NCBI GenBank assembly: GCA_965263035.1
Contig: OZ253580.1
Coordinates: forward strand, 5,600,001 to 5,664,000
Length of the DNA: 64,000 nucleotides
DNA from: Acidobacteriota bacterium
GTDB taxonomy: Bacteria; Acidobacteriota; UBA6911; RPQK01; JAJDTT01
Direction of reading: 5' to 3'
Positions within the stretch are counted from its first letter, which is position 1. Every line of letters starts with the position of its first letter. Below, one piece after another: positions 10,935-21,306 of the stretch. Under the pieces are notes generated by a model. The model was given only the letters and a program-made list of their open reading frames with translations. It searched no databases and was not told the origin of the DNA. Position numbers and translations under genes: made by a program.

Positions 10935-12076
10935 TCCGAGAACTCCTGGCGCCGAGCCACGACTCTGCGGACCAACTCGTCTCCCACCACCCCCGCCAGG
11001 ATGACGCCTCCGATGATGGCGAATTCCAGTTGGGTGGGGATCCCCAGGAGGTTGATGGCGTTGTAGAGGACCCGCATGACCGCGGCTCCCAGCACCACGC
11101 CCAGGATCGAGCCCTCGCCTCCTCGCAGGCTGCATCCGCCCAACACCGCCGCCGCAATGGCGTAGAGCTCGTAGAAGTTGCCGTGTCCCGACGGCTGGAT
11201 GGAATTCATGTCCAGGGCGAAGAGGATGCCGCCGATGCCGGCCATGACGGAGCAGATGACGTAGGCCAGGATCACCATGCGGTCGGTGTCGATCCCGCTG
11301 TAGCGGGCGGCCTCCCGGTTCCGGCCCAGGGCCAGCAGGTAACGGCCGTAGATGGTCTGGTTCAGGAAGAGTCCCGCCGCCAACGCCAGCACGATCATGA
11401 TCAGAAAGGGGGCCGGGACCAGGATCCGGGAAAGGGGATCGATGTCGCCCAACCGGACCGCGACGCCGGCCAGAACCAGCAGGGCTCCTGCCGCCGCACC
11501 CAACCAGCGTGTCTTCGCCGCCGGGGAATCGGACTCGGTGCGCCTCCGGATTCTCCGGACCAGGGTCCAGATCAGAATGGCCGCTCCGGCCGCGGCGGCC
11601 AGAACCGCCATGGTGACGGGCTTGCCGGTGGCCAACTGCTTGAGTTCCTGGAACCCGTTTCCGAACCCCTGGGTCTGGTCTGCCGTCAGATAGCGGGCGA
11701 ACCCCCGGTACAGGAGCAGGCCGCAGAGGGTGACCACGAAGGGTTGGAGCCTCAGCCGGGTGACCAGGAGTCCGTGAGCCAGTCCGACCAGGAGGCAGAC
11801 GGCGAGGACCGCCGCCAGGGCAACGCCGGCTCCCAGGCCCCGGTGGACCAGGAGCAATGGGAGCAGACACCCCACCAGGCCCACCAGGGAGCCGATGGAG
11901 AGATCGATTCCGCCCGTGATGATGACGAAGGCCACACCGATGCTCAGAATCCCGAACAGCGAAGTCCAACGGATGATGTTCTGCAGGTTGTAAGGCGTGA
12001 GGAAGTCCGGGTTCATCAGCGCGCTGAAGGCGGAGACCGCCAGCAACAGGAGCAGAATGCCCCGCGACTTGTTCAT
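10907..12076 (-). CDS. sugar ABC transporter permease (RbsC-like)
   Basis: GGIDLSIGS and AIAAAVLGG motifs; multiple TM helices. Confidence 0.9.
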   Translation of the reverse strand: MNKSRGILLLLLAVSAFSALMNPDFLTPYNLQNIIRWTSLFGILSIGVAFVIITGGIDLSIGSLVGLVGCLLPLLLVHRGLGAGVALAAVLAVCLLVGLAHGLLVTRLRLQPFVVTLCGLLLYRGFARYLTADQTQGFGNGFQELKQLATGKPVTMAVLAAAAGAAILIWTLVRRIRRRTESDSPAAKTRWLGAAAGALLVLAGVAVRLGDIDPLSRILVPAPFLIMIVLALAAGLFLNQTIYGRYLLALGRNREAARYSGIDTDRMVILAYVICSVMAGIGGILFALDMNSIQPSGHGNFYELYAIAAAVLGGCSLRGGEGSILGVVLGAAVMRVLYNAINLLGIPTQLEFAIIGGVILAGVVGDELVRRVVARRQEFSDQSIRGLAP

Positions 12077-13575
12077 GCGGCTGCCTCCGGGGAGGTGGCC
12101 AGGCGGGCAACCGTTTCTTCCTGGAGGTCTGCCTGGGACAGCTCCCCGCTGATCCGCCCTTCGTGCATCACCAGGACCCGCCGCGAGAGTCTCAGGATCT
12201 CCTCCATCTCGCTGCTGGCGAAGAGGATGGCGGTCCCTTCCTCGGAGAGCGCTTCGATCAGGTGATAGATCTCCTGTTTGGAGCCGACGTCGATGCCGCG
12301 AGTGGGCTCGTCCAGGAGCAGGATCTTCGGTTTCAGGGAAAGCCACTTGGCCAGAACCACCTTCTGCTGGTTTCCGCCCGAGAGGTGCTCGGTGGTGGCT
12401 TCGGCGCCGGGCGTTCGGATTTCCAGTCGGGCGATCATCCGGGCCGCTTGGCGCCGGTGAAGACGGCGGTTGATGAAGCCGCCCCGGAGCCGATGGTGTC
12501 TCAGGGAGGCCAGTGAGATGTTCTCCTCCACACCCATTCGGAGGATCAGACCCTGTTGTTTCCGGTCCTCGGGGACCAGGGCGATGCCGTTCCGGATCCC
12601 CTCGATGGGGTTGGAGATCCGGGCCGGTGTGCCGTCGATCCAAATCCTGCCGCCCAAGGCCGGCTCGGTGCCGAAGAGGGCGCCCAGCAGCGCGCTGCGG
12701 CCCGATCCCAGCAGCCCGGCCATGCCGACGATCTCCCCGGCTCCCACCTCCAGGTCGAGACGGTGCCCCGGATGTTCCCGAGTCCGCAGGTCCCGGACCT
12801 CCAGGCGGACCGGGCCCTGCTGATCTGGGACCTGACCGTAATAGCTGGAGATGTCCCGGCCCACCATGAGCCGCACCATGCGGTCGTGATCGATCTCATC
12901 TTTGGCCAACTCGCCGGCGTTGGAGCCGTCGCGCAGCACCAGGACCCGGTCGGCCAACTCCTTGACCTCGCCCAGCCGGTGAGAGATGTAGATCACCGCC
13001 GCACCTTCGGCTCGAAGCTTCCGAACGTTCCGAAACAGGTTCCGAGTCTCGCCTTGGGAGAGGCTCGACGTGGGCTCGTCCATGATCAGGACCCGGGACC
13101 GGGCCGCCAGCGCCCGCGCGATCTCCACCAGCTGCCGCTGGCCCATGGAGAGTCGGGCGACTTTGGTCGCCGGAGAGCAGTCGAGCCCGATCCGTTCCAG
13201 AATCGGCTGGGCCGCCTGCTCCAGCCGGCGATGGTTGAGGAACCCGAAGCGATGGGGCTCCCGGCCCAGGAAAATGTTGGCCGTCACGTCCAGGTTGTCC
13301 GAAAGGTTCAGTTCCTGGTGGATGAGGTTCACCCCGAGACCGGCAGCGGTCTGGACGGACCCCATTTGGACGGAGGATCCATCCATGAGGATCTGTCCCG
13401 AGTCCTGGACTTCCTCGCCCGCCAGGATCTTGACCAGGGTGCTCTTGCCGGCCCCGTTTTCGCCCACCAGAGCCAGGACCTCGCCGCCGTGAACCTGGAG
13501 ATCCGCACGTTCCAGAGCCACGGCCCCCGGAAATCGTTTGCTGATCTTCCGGGCTTCGAGGACCGGTGCCGCCAT
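12073..13575 (-). CDS. sugar ABC transporter ATP-binding protein (RbsA-like)
   Basis: GENGAGKST, LSGGNQQK and DEPTRGIDVG motifs. Confidence 0.95.
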   Translation of the reverse strand: MAAPVLEARKISKRFPGAVALERADLQVHGGEVLALVGENGAGKSTLVKILAGEEVQDSGQILMDGSSVQMGSVQTAAGLGVNLIHQELNLSDNLDVTANIFLGREPHRFGFLNHRRLEQAAQPILERIGLDCSPATKVARLSMGQRQLVEIARALAARSRVLIMDEPTSSLSQGETRNLFRNVRKLRAEGAAVIYISHRLGEVKELADRVLVLRDGSNAGELAKDEIDHDRMVRLMVGRDISSYYGQVPDQQGPVRLEVRDLRTREHPGHRLDLEVGAGEIVGMAGLLGSGRSALLGALFGTEPALGGRIWIDGTPARISNPIEGIRNGIALVPEDRKQQGLILRMGVEENISLASLRHHRLRGGFINRRLHRRQAARMIARLEIRTPGAEATTEHLSGGNQQKVVLAKWLSLKPKILLLDEPTRGIDVGSKQEIYHLIEALSEEGTAILFASSEMEEILRLSRRVLVMHEGRISGELSQADLQEETVARLATSPEAAA

Positions 13576-13612
13576 GGAAGGTGTCGCTGCGGGGCAGGGA
13601 ATTGCGCCGGAA

Positions 13613-14629
13613 TCAGGGGGTTGGGCCCTTCGCCTCCGCCATCTTGCGCTTCAGATCGTCCCAGAATTCCCGGACGTTGTCCGCGCGAATCGTCTGGGCC
13701 GGGATATCCAGAAAGCCGTTCTCGGGAAGGACGCTACGGTCTCCTTGGGCCAATCCCGCCAGAATCCGCACCGACTCGTAGCCGTACTGGTAGGGCTGCT
13801 GGACCACGGTGCCGTGGATCCGGCCGTCCACGATGCCCTGCAAGGTCGCGTCGGCCTCGTCGAAACCCACCAGGTGGATCCCGTCCACCCCGGCCTGCTC
13901 CAGAGCCACCAGGCAGGCGGGCGGGTTGTAGGCGAAGAGTCCGACCATGCAGCCCAGATCGGGATAGCGGGCAATGGCGTCCTCGCAATTGGCTTTGGCC
14001 TTGGCTTGGTCGAACTGGTCGGTCCGCGTGTCCAGGATGGTGTAACGCTCACCCTTCAGAACCGCGTTCGGGGGGTCGACGGCACCCATGGTCTCTCCCG
14101 GGCGGTCCAGCAACTCGTCGATCACTCCCTGTCTTCTCTGGGAGGCGTTGAGCTGCTCCAGCCGGCCGACGAAGAGCATCACCGAGCCCCCCTCGGGCAT
14201 GGCTTCCCGGACCAGCTTTCCCACCAGGCGGCCCGCCTTGTAGTTGTCCATCCCCACGTAGCAGAGCCGCCGGGTCCGGGGCGCGTCCGAGTCCTGGGTG
14301 ATGACGGTGGTGTGGTCGCAGGCTTCGTTGATCAGGTCTTCCTGGTTGTCCGGGTCGATGGGACTGATGGCGATGCCGTCGATTCCCTGGGCCAGCAGAT
14401 CCTCGACGATCCGTTTCTGGTCCAGCACCCCTTCCACCGGCATCCGCACGTCCACGTCCACGTCCAGGTCGCGGCCCGCCTTGAGCGCCCCGGCTTCAGC
14501 GATGGTCCAGAAGGAGGCGACCCCGTTGGACACGTAAGCCAATTTGGGCCTCTGAGTGTCCGGTCGAGATCCGGTGCAGGCGACCGTCGGCAGCAGGCAG
14601 AGAATGGCGAGGAGGATCCGGTGGCGCAT
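13613..14629 (-). CDS. sugar ABC transporter substrate-binding lipoprotein
   Basis: Lipobox TVAC; periplasmic binding protein motifs VGFD and TVVQQPY. Confidence 0.9.
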   Translation of the reverse strand: MRHRILLAILCLLPTVACTGSRPDTQRPKLAYVSNGVASFWTIAEAGALKAGRDLDVDVDVRMPVEGVLDQKRIVEDLLAQGIDGIAISPIDPDNQEDLINEACDHTTVITQDSDAPRTRRLCYVGMDNYKAGRLVGKLVREAMPEGGSVMLFVGRLEQLNASQRRQGVIDELLDRPGETMGAVDPPNAVLKGERYTILDTRTDQFDQAKAKANCEDAIARYPDLGCMVGLFAYNPPACLVALEQAGVDGIHLVGFDEADATLQGIVDGRIHGTVVQQPYQYGYESVRILAGLAQGDRSVLPENGFLDIPAQTIRADNVREFWDDLKRKMAEAKGPTP

Positions 14630-14673
14630 GTGCTGATTTCCCGTTCGGGTGCGTGCCGGGCACTCTACAAGAT

Positions 14674-14785
14674 TGGAGCGGCGGTTTCCAACCGCCGAAC
14701 TCCCAAGGACTTAAGCGGGTAGGAGAGCATGGGGGAAGGAGCACACGGGGGAGCGGAGGAATAGGCGACTGGAAGTCACCCCTAC
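14674..14785. repeat. inverted REP pair (REPIN-like)
   Basis: GGCGGTTTCCAACCGCC and GGCGACTGGAAGTCACCCCTAC palindromes facing each other; CTAC/GTAG end. Confidence 0.6.
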
Positions 14786-14826
14786 AGGGTGTCGCTACGT
14801 TTTTTTGAGAGAAGCTGACGTGGGAT

Positions 14827-15975
14827 TCAGACCTCGACCCATGCGCCTCCGTTCCGCGCGGATCGGGCGGCGGCGTGGACCACGGCCAGCGTCCGGACGC
14901 CCTCCTCCCCGGTCGGATACCAGGTCGCGTGCGGATCCGGGTCCCGTCTTTCCTTCCGGGCGCGGATCGCCTCCGCGAGATTCGAGTAGATGTTGGCGAA
15001 TGCTCCCGGCAGTCCCTCGGCGTGGCCCACCGTGATCCGGGAAGCCAGGTTGGCCTCTTCGGAGAGGCGGACATCCCCTCGTTCCAGCGTCCGGGTCGGT
15101 TGCCCCAAAGGGGTCCAATAGAGCTGGTTCGGCTGCTCCTGAACCCAGCGCAGCCCGCCACGCTCTCCGAAGACCCGCAGGGTCAAGCCGTGCTGCTGTC
15201 CGACCGCAACCGCGCTGGTCCAGAGCCGGCCCACCGCTCCGCCGGAGAATCGCAGCGCCAACAGGGCGTCGTCCTCGAGCTCCCGGCTCCTGATGGTGGA
15301 GACGAAATCCGCGGAGACGCGGGTCACGTCGCTCCCGATGACGAAGCAGGCCATGTGGAGCGCGTGCAGGCCGGCATCGGCGAGCACCGAACTCACTCCG
15401 GTCTGCTCCGGATCGTAGCGCCAACGGACCCTGGGGTTGTCCGCGTCGGCGGCATCCGCGTGGGACCCGTGCGAGAACTCCGCCACCACGACCCGGATCC
15501 GCCCCAGCTTACCGTCACGAACCATGGCCCGCGCCTGGCGCACCATCGGGTAGCCGCTATAGCCGTAGTTCACCGCCAGGATCCGGTCCGACTCGCGGGC
15601 CGTCTGCACCAGGTCCTCGCCATCCGCCAGAGTCATCGTCAGCGGCTTCTCGCAAAGCACGTGGAAACCCGCCTCCAGAAACGCCTTGGAGATCTGATGG
15701 TGGGTGGAGTTCGGTGTGGCGACCGTCACCAGGTCGAGCCTGGAGTCCGGCCCGAGGCTCTTTTCGCGCCCCAGCATCCGGCGCCAGTCCCCGTACGCCC
15801 GGTCCTCGGCGATGCCCATGCGGATCGCGAATTCGCGGGCCCGGACCGGGTCGATGTCGAGGGCGCCGGCGACCAGTTCGAAGTGTCCGTCCAGCCGGGC
15901 GCCGATGCGGTGGGGGCCTCCGATCTGGCTCCCCTCGCCGCCTCCCACCAGTCCCCAGTTGAGCTTGCGCGGAAT
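14827..15975 (-). CDS. Gfo/Idh/MocA family oxidoreductase (probable ATT start)
   Basis: GLVGGG, VATPNSTH and CEKP motifs; AAGGAGG RBS 9 nt before an in-frame ATT. Confidence 0.85.
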   Translation of the reverse strand: MPRKLNWGLVGGGEGSQIGGPHRIGARLDGHFELVAGALDIDPVRAREFAIRMGIAEDRAYGDWRRMLGREKSLGPDSRLDLVTVATPNSTHHQISKAFLEAGFHVLCEKPLTMTLADGEDLVQTARESDRILAVNYGYSGYPMVRQARAMVRDGKLGRIRVVVAEFSHGSHADAADADNPRVRWRYDPEQTGVSSVLADAGLHALHMACFVIGSDVTRVSADFVSTIRSRELEDDALLALRFSGGAVGRLWTSAVAVGQQHGLTLRVFGERGGLRWVQEQPNQLYWTPLGQPTRTLERGDVRLSEEANLASRITVGHAEGLPGAFANIYSNLAEAIRARKERRDPDPHATWYPTGEEGVRTLAVVHAAARSARNGGAWVEV

Positions 15976-16185
15976 CGCCGCGATCCTCCTTATTCGGCAC
16001 CCGGATCCGCGATTTCTTCGGCGGATTCCAAGCGGATCTCCAATTGGAACACGATCATCACCGCGCCCCGCACGGCTGTCAATTTTCTCTCCTCGCCTCT
16101 TCTCTATTTCCTCTTTTTCTCTTTTCTCTTTTCCTTCCGCTGTGCTGTACTGACCCGCAAGCAAGATGAAGAAGGAGGGCTCGCC

Positions 16186-18987
16186 ATGAGAAGACCGTTC
16201 GGTTTCCTGCTACCGGTTGCATTTCTGGCAGCAGGACTGACTGGGGCAGGAGCGGAGAAGGCGTGGGTGACCCACAGCACCTTCCAGGATTTTTCGAGGG
16301 GGCGTCTGGGCGATAGCGGGGTCAACCTCTACGCGACCCGCTCCGGGACGCTCGAGATGATCCGCCGCTGGGACCTGAACAACGATGGTTACCTGGACAT
16401 CCTGTTGGGACAGGACCACGACGTCCTGGAAAATGCCCATATCCTGGTCTACTGGGGTCGAGCCGGGGGACCCGAGTCCATCCTGCCGGATCTTCCGGAC
16501 CACCAACCCCTGGCCCGCCTGCTGCGGCAGATCCGCCTCCGGGATAGGGGGGTGACGAGGCTTCCCAGCGACGGGGGCGGCCGCTCTCTGGTGGTGGACC
16601 TGAACCAGGATCACTATCCCGAGATCGTCTTCTGCAACTTCATCCACAACTACTCGGAGAACATGTCGGCCGTCATCTACTGGGGTGGCGCCGACGGTTA
16701 CCAGGCCGAGCATCGGACCGAGCTGCCCACCCTGCTGGCGGGGGGATTGGCGGCGGGGGACTTCAACGGCGACGGGTTCATTGACCTGGCCTTCTCGAAT
16801 CGGGGCATCGAAGGCGGCGAGCGTTTCGGTTTCGACCGGCACCTGGAGTCGTACGTCTACTGGAACGGTCCTCGGGGATTCGATACCTCCCGCCGCAGCG
16901 TCGTGGAGACCGTCAGTGCGGCCGACTGCGCGGCGGGAGACGTGGACGGAGACGGCTACGCGGATCTGGTGTACGTCAACAACAATTCCCGGCACCAGAG
17001 TGTCTATCTGTACCGGGGAGGTCCCGGCGGACTCAGTGCCGAGCGCGACGAGTGGAAGGGGGGCGACCCCGTTGGAGCCCATCTGGCGGACGTGGACCAG
17101 GACGGCCATCCGGATCTGGTCCTGAACCACGCGGACGACCGGGTGGTGCTTCATCGCGGATCCGGGCGGGGGCCGACCCGGGAGGCATGGATCGAACTGC
17201 CCACCGAGGGAGCCAAGCAGAGCCGGACGGGTGACCTGAACCGGGACGGGTTCCCCGAGCTGGTGCTGCCCAACAGTCGCGGTTCCGCTTCCTATGTCTA
17301 TTGGAACGGCCGGGAGGGGTTCTCGCCGGAGCGACGGAGCGAGTTGCCCACGCTGGCGGCCACGGATGCGGTACTGGCCGACTACGACGGGGACGGTTGG
17401 GTGGATCTGGTTTTCGCCAACGAGTACGGCGGGGAGACCTACGACGTCAACTCCTATCTCTACTGGAACGGGCCTCAGGGGTTCGATGCGGCGCACCGGA
17501 AGCAACTCCAGGGCTTCGGTCCCGTGAGCGCCGGTGGAGGCGATCTGAATCGGGACGGACACGCCGATCTGGTGCTGATCAACCGCTCCAGCGGCACCCA
17601 CGGGTCCATCGATTCCCTCATCTACTGGGGGAATCCGCGGCACTACTACTCGACGGCCTCCGTGACCGAGATTCCGGGAACGGGCGGCCTCATGACCAAA
17701 GCCGACCTGAACCAGGACGGCTGGGTGGATCTGGTCTTTCCCGCCGGGCGGGTCTACTGGGGAGATCCGGCCGGCTACAGCACCGACCGTCGGGAGGAAC
17801 TGGAGACAGGCGGCTATTCGGTCACCACGGCGGATCTGAATCGGGACGGACACCTGGATCTGGTGGTGGCCGTCGGCTCGGCGGACGCGACCACGCCCGA
17901 TCCGACGGGTCTCATTCGTTGGGGCGGGGAGGGAGGTTTCCGGTCCGGCCGTGAAACCCGTTTGCCACTCCGTTGCCGGCGCCCCATGGCGAGCTCACTG
18001 GCCGATTTCAACCGGGACGGATTCCTGGATCTGATCTTCACCGACGTGGACTCCCCGAACACGGAGATCTTCTGGGGAGATGAATCCGGGACCTACGATC
18101 CGGAGCGGCGCCTCCATCTGAAGGTCCACTCGGCCTCCACCGCCGAGATCGCCGACCTGAATGCCGACGGCTGGCTCGACCTGATCCTGGGAGCCGTCTA
18201 CGACCCGGAGCGGTTCGGCCGGCCCATGCGCAAGGCCACGCTGCTGTGGGGAAGCCGGGACGGATTCTCGGAAAAAAGGTCGCTGGAGTTGGAGGCCTTT
18301 GAATCGGAAGAGCAATCGGTGGCTGACCTGAATCGGGACGGCTATCTGGACATCGTGATGACCAACTACCATGGGTACACGACCCGCTCTCTGCCCGTCC
18401 TCATCTACTGGGGCGGTCCGGACGGGAGCTACAGCGAGTCCCGCCGGTCCACTCTTCCCGGCGAGTCCACCCTGGCGCTCACCGTGGCCGATCTGAACCA
18501 GGATCGCTGGATGGATCTGATCGTGGTCAACCACGTGGAGCGGGGAGACCATGCCGTGGGCACCAACATCTTCTGGGGCGGGGAGGAGGGGTATTCCTAC
18601 TCCCGCCGCGACTGGATCCAGAGTTTCGGTCCCCACTTCAGCATCAGCCACGACGTGGGCAACATCTACCACCGGCGCCTGGAGGAGGAGTACACGTCGG
18701 AGCCGTTGGAGATCGCCGATGGAGTGCGCCCCGGCCGTCTGGAGTGGGAAGCCCGAACTCCCCATGGAACCGCGGTCCGCTTCCAGATCCGGAGCGCCGT
18801 CTCGACCGCGAAGCTGGAGCAGGCCGGCTGGACGGGTCCCGGGGGCCGGGAAGGGTACTTTGACGACCCGGGGTCAGAGATTCGGGTCGGTGAAGGGGAC
18901 CGATGGCTCCAGTACCGGGTCCTTCTGACGTCGCCCGACGGGGGGAGCACTCCGGTTCTGGAAGAGGTCCGGTTCCTGGCCGAGTAG
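16186..18987 (+). CDS. secreted FG-GAP/VCBS repeat protein
   Basis: Signal peptide MRRPFGFLLPVAFLAAG; GGAGG RBS; more than 10 DLNxDG repeats. Confidence 0.9.
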   Translation: MRRPFGFLLPVAFLAAGLTGAGAEKAWVTHSTFQDFSRGRLGDSGVNLYATRSGTLEMIRRWDLNNDGYLDILLGQDHDVLENAHILVYWGRAGGPESILPDLPDHQPLARLLRQIRLRDRGVTRLPSDGGGRSLVVDLNQDHYPEIVFCNFIHNYSENMSAVIYWGGADGYQAEHRTELPTLLAGGLAAGDFNGDGFIDLAFSNRGIEGGERFGFDRHLESYVYWNGPRGFDTSRRSVVETVSAADCAAGDVDGDGYADLVYVNNNSRHQSVYLYRGGPGGLSAERDEWKGGDPVGAHLADVDQDGHPDLVLNHADDRVVLHRGSGRGPTREAWIELPTEGAKQSRTGDLNRDGFPELVLPNSRGSASYVYWNGREGFSPERRSELPTLAATDAVLADYDGDGWVDLVFANEYGGETYDVNSYLYWNGPQGFDAAHRKQLQGFGPVSAGGGDLNRDGHADLVLINRSSGTHGSIDSLIYWGNPRHYYSTASVTEIPGTGGLMTKADLNQDGWVDLVFPAGRVYWGDPAGYSTDRREELETGGYSVTTADLNRDGHLDLVVAVGSADATTPDPTGLIRWGGEGGFRSGRETRLPLRCRRPMASSLADFNRDGFLDLIFTDVDSPNTEIFWGDESGTYDPERRLHLKVHSASTAEIADLNADGWLDLILGAVYDPERFGRPMRKATLLWGSRDGFSEKRSLELEAFESEEQSVADLNRDGYLDIVMTNYHGYTTRSLPVLIYWGGPDGSYSESRRSTLPGESTLALTVADLNQDRWMDLIVVNHVERGDHAVGTNIFWGGEEGYSYSRRDWIQSFGPHFSISHDVGNIYHRRLEEEYTSEPLEIADGVRPGRLEWEARTPHGTAVRFQIRSAVSTAKLEQAGWTGPGGREGYFDDPGSEIRVGEGDRWLQYRVLLTSPDGGSTPVLEEVRFLAE

Positions 18988-19030
18988 CGGCTCAGGCTGA
19001 GATCGGAAACTGTCCCGTTTTGACCGGCGA

Positions 19031-19426
19031 TCAGCGGGGACTCGACGGCTTGGTGCCGGATCCCTCCCGCTTGGCTGCCTTCATCCCGGATACTTTGACG
19101 TCGGCCTCGGAGAACTCGCCGGTCACCTCGACCCGGAAGTTCTCCCTGACCTTGGCGTTCTCCAGCAGCTTCACGGCCTCCTCGTCTCCCGCCGGGTCGA
19201 ACTTGAGGAACCGGCCCTCCAGGACCAGACCGAAGCCGCTGGCCTTGCAACTCTCCATCAGGGCGCAGGCGACCGTATGCTTGGCCGCCTTCTCTACATT
19301 GGCTGCCACGCGGGCGCCGCAGGCCGCGTCCATGAGCACTCCGGTCCTGGTGTCCGGACCGGCGAGGACCAGCATCGAGCCGGTCAGCAAAACGCAGGAA
19401 AAACAGATCAGGTGAACTCGCTTCAT
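19031..19426 (-). CDS. small exported Cys/His-containing OB-fold-like protein
   Basis: Signal peptide; GVLMDAAC...HTVACALMESC motif. Confidence 0.65.
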   Translation of the reverse strand: MKRVHLICFSCVLLTGSMLVLAGPDTRTGVLMDAACGARVAANVEKAAKHTVACALMESCKASGFGLVLEGRFLKFDPAGDEEAVKLLENAKVRENFRVEVTGEFSEADVKVSGMKAAKREGSGTKPSSPR

Positions 19427-19761
19427 CTTGGATCCCTCATGACTTCGTTCGGTGTTGCTGCCTGTTCGGATATTGAACCATAGCCGCAACGGCTCTGCAC
19501 CATGGTTGAGGAATGAGAAAAGAGGAAATAGGAAAGCTCCCTCACCGGCTGGGCTCCGGAGGATTCATGGAAGAAACAAGCCTTCGAACCAATCTGGCTC
19601 CAGAATCCTTAACCAGATCGTTTTCGGTAGAGGTGCCCGCTACGCGTAAACTACGCGTCCTTCTTCACTCTTTCCTCTTTCCTCATCCCCGGTTGCCCGC
19701 CCGAGCGTGCCGCTTCATGATAAGGACCGATTTTCGAGGTGAGCCGGTCGGGGAAACGCCT

Positions 19762-21291
19762 ATGTTGAGAATGAGCACTTTGTGGGTCGCGGGATGGATC
19801 TTCCTATCCTTATGGACAGGAAACGGAATCGCCCAGCGTCCGGGTGACCTGGTGCTCACTCCGGGAGTCCGCCAGCTCTTCCTGGACGACTACGTCTTGG
19901 GGTCTCTCTACCGGGTCCGGCGCAGAATTCACCAGCCTCACCGGTACGAAGGAAGTCCGGTGGTCCGGGCGGACCGGCCCTGGGAGATTCAACCGGGCCG
20001 TTACGCCGCTCCTGGAGAGACGCCGGCGGAGAGCCGGGTGATCCAGATCAGCAGCGCCCCGGCCTGGGACCCCGGCGAGAAGGTCTGGAAGATGTGGTAC
20101 TCCGGAGGTCCGGGAAAAACTGCGTTCGCACGCTCTCGGGAGGGAATCGTCTGGGAAAAACCGGCGTTGGGGGTGAAGGAGTTCCGGGGCTCCCGGGAGA
20201 ACAATCTGGTGGCGGTCCGGGGAGAGCCGGACGCCCTCGTCCAGCATGTCATCCTGGATCCGCAAGGGACCGGCGAGCGCCGCTACAAGGGGGTCCTGGG
20301 ACCGCGGGACCGCCGGCCGGTCGTCTCCGCCGACGGCTACGAGTTCACGATACTGGACGTTCCTCCCATACCGAGCCAGGACACCTCTCAACTGACCTAC
20401 GACGAGTTGGGCCGGCAGTATATTCTGACCGTCAAGCACCGGGGGCCCTTCGGCCGGTCGGTCTACCTTTCACTGAGCCGGGATTTCGAAAATTGGACCG
20501 ATCCCCAGCTTATTTTTCATGCCGCCGCTCTGGATCAGAAGTTGGGCGAACAGCGCATACGGGAGCACCTGGTCGATCCTCGACTCTACACGCCCCAATT
20601 CAATCAGCCGGAGAACTACAACACCGAGATCTACAAGATGCCCATCTTCCCCTACGAGGGCGTCTACATCGGTCTGCCCAACTACTTCGAGTCCAGTGGG
20701 ATCACTCCTCCCCACCACAACAACCAGGACGGCGTCAATTCGGCGAAGCTGGCCACCAGCCGCGACCTGCTCAACTGGGTGAAGGTGGGCTCTCGCGAGT
20801 CGTTTCTGCCCGTCTCCCGGCTGGGTGAGGGAAGGATCGACACGGCCCAGGTCCTGCCGGCGTCGCGGCCCATCGTCAAGGGCGACGAGCTCTGGTTCTA
20901 TTACAGCGGTCTGGATGTCCGCTACCCGGCACGGGGCGCCTATCAAGGCGGTATCCATCTGGCACGCCTTCGCCGGGACGGTTTCGTCTCGTTCTGGGCC
21001 GACGAAAAGGGAGGGTTCGTCGAGACCGGAACCCTGCGCTTCGGCGGGACCCAGCTCTGGGTCAATGCGGACGCCTCCCGGGGCGAAATTCGGGTGGAGG
21101 TCAGGAACCCGGGGGGGCGTAAGGTTCTGGACGGTTGGACCCGCCGTGATTCCAGACCCCTGACCACCGATCAGCTGAAAGTGCGGATGCAGTGGGAGGG
21201 AAAAGACAGTCTGGAGTCCCTCAGCGGCCAGAGGGTCCGCTTCCGCTTCCATCTCAAGGACGCCCATCTCTATTCTTTCTGGTTCGAGTGA
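19762..21291 (+). CDS. five-bladed beta-propeller glycoside hydrolase-like protein
   Basis: RQLFLDD, WKMWY, LATSRDL and LARLRRDGFVS motifs; signal peptide. Confidence 0.7.
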   Translation: MLRMSTLWVAGWIFLSLWTGNGIAQRPGDLVLTPGVRQLFLDDYVLGSLYRVRRRIHQPHRYEGSPVVRADRPWEIQPGRYAAPGETPAESRVIQISSAPAWDPGEKVWKMWYSGGPGKTAFARSREGIVWEKPALGVKEFRGSRENNLVAVRGEPDALVQHVILDPQGTGERRYKGVLGPRDRRPVVSADGYEFTILDVPPIPSQDTSQLTYDELGRQYILTVKHRGPFGRSVYLSLSRDFENWTDPQLIFHAAALDQKLGEQRIREHLVDPRLYTPQFNQPENYNTEIYKMPIFPYEGVYIGLPNYFESSGITPPHHNNQDGVNSAKLATSRDLLNWVKVGSRESFLPVSRLGEGRIDTAQVLPASRPIVKGDELWFYYSGLDVRYPARGAYQGGIHLARLRRDGFVSFWADEKGGFVETGTLRFGGTQLWVNADASRGEIRVEVRNPGGRKVLDGWTRRDSRPLTTDQLKVRMQWEGKDSLESLSGQRVRFRFHLKDAHLYSFWFE

Positions 21292-21306
21292 GGGAGGTCC
21301 CGAGGG

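Noticed and set aside
16083-16138. Pyrimidine-rich tract between divergent genes
   Set aside because: Low complexity with no repeat unit; no function can be supported.
14875-16185. N-terminal ~437 aa of the 1370-aa ORF
   Set aside because: Antisense shadow of the oxidoreductase; the RBS and signal peptide place the start at 16186.
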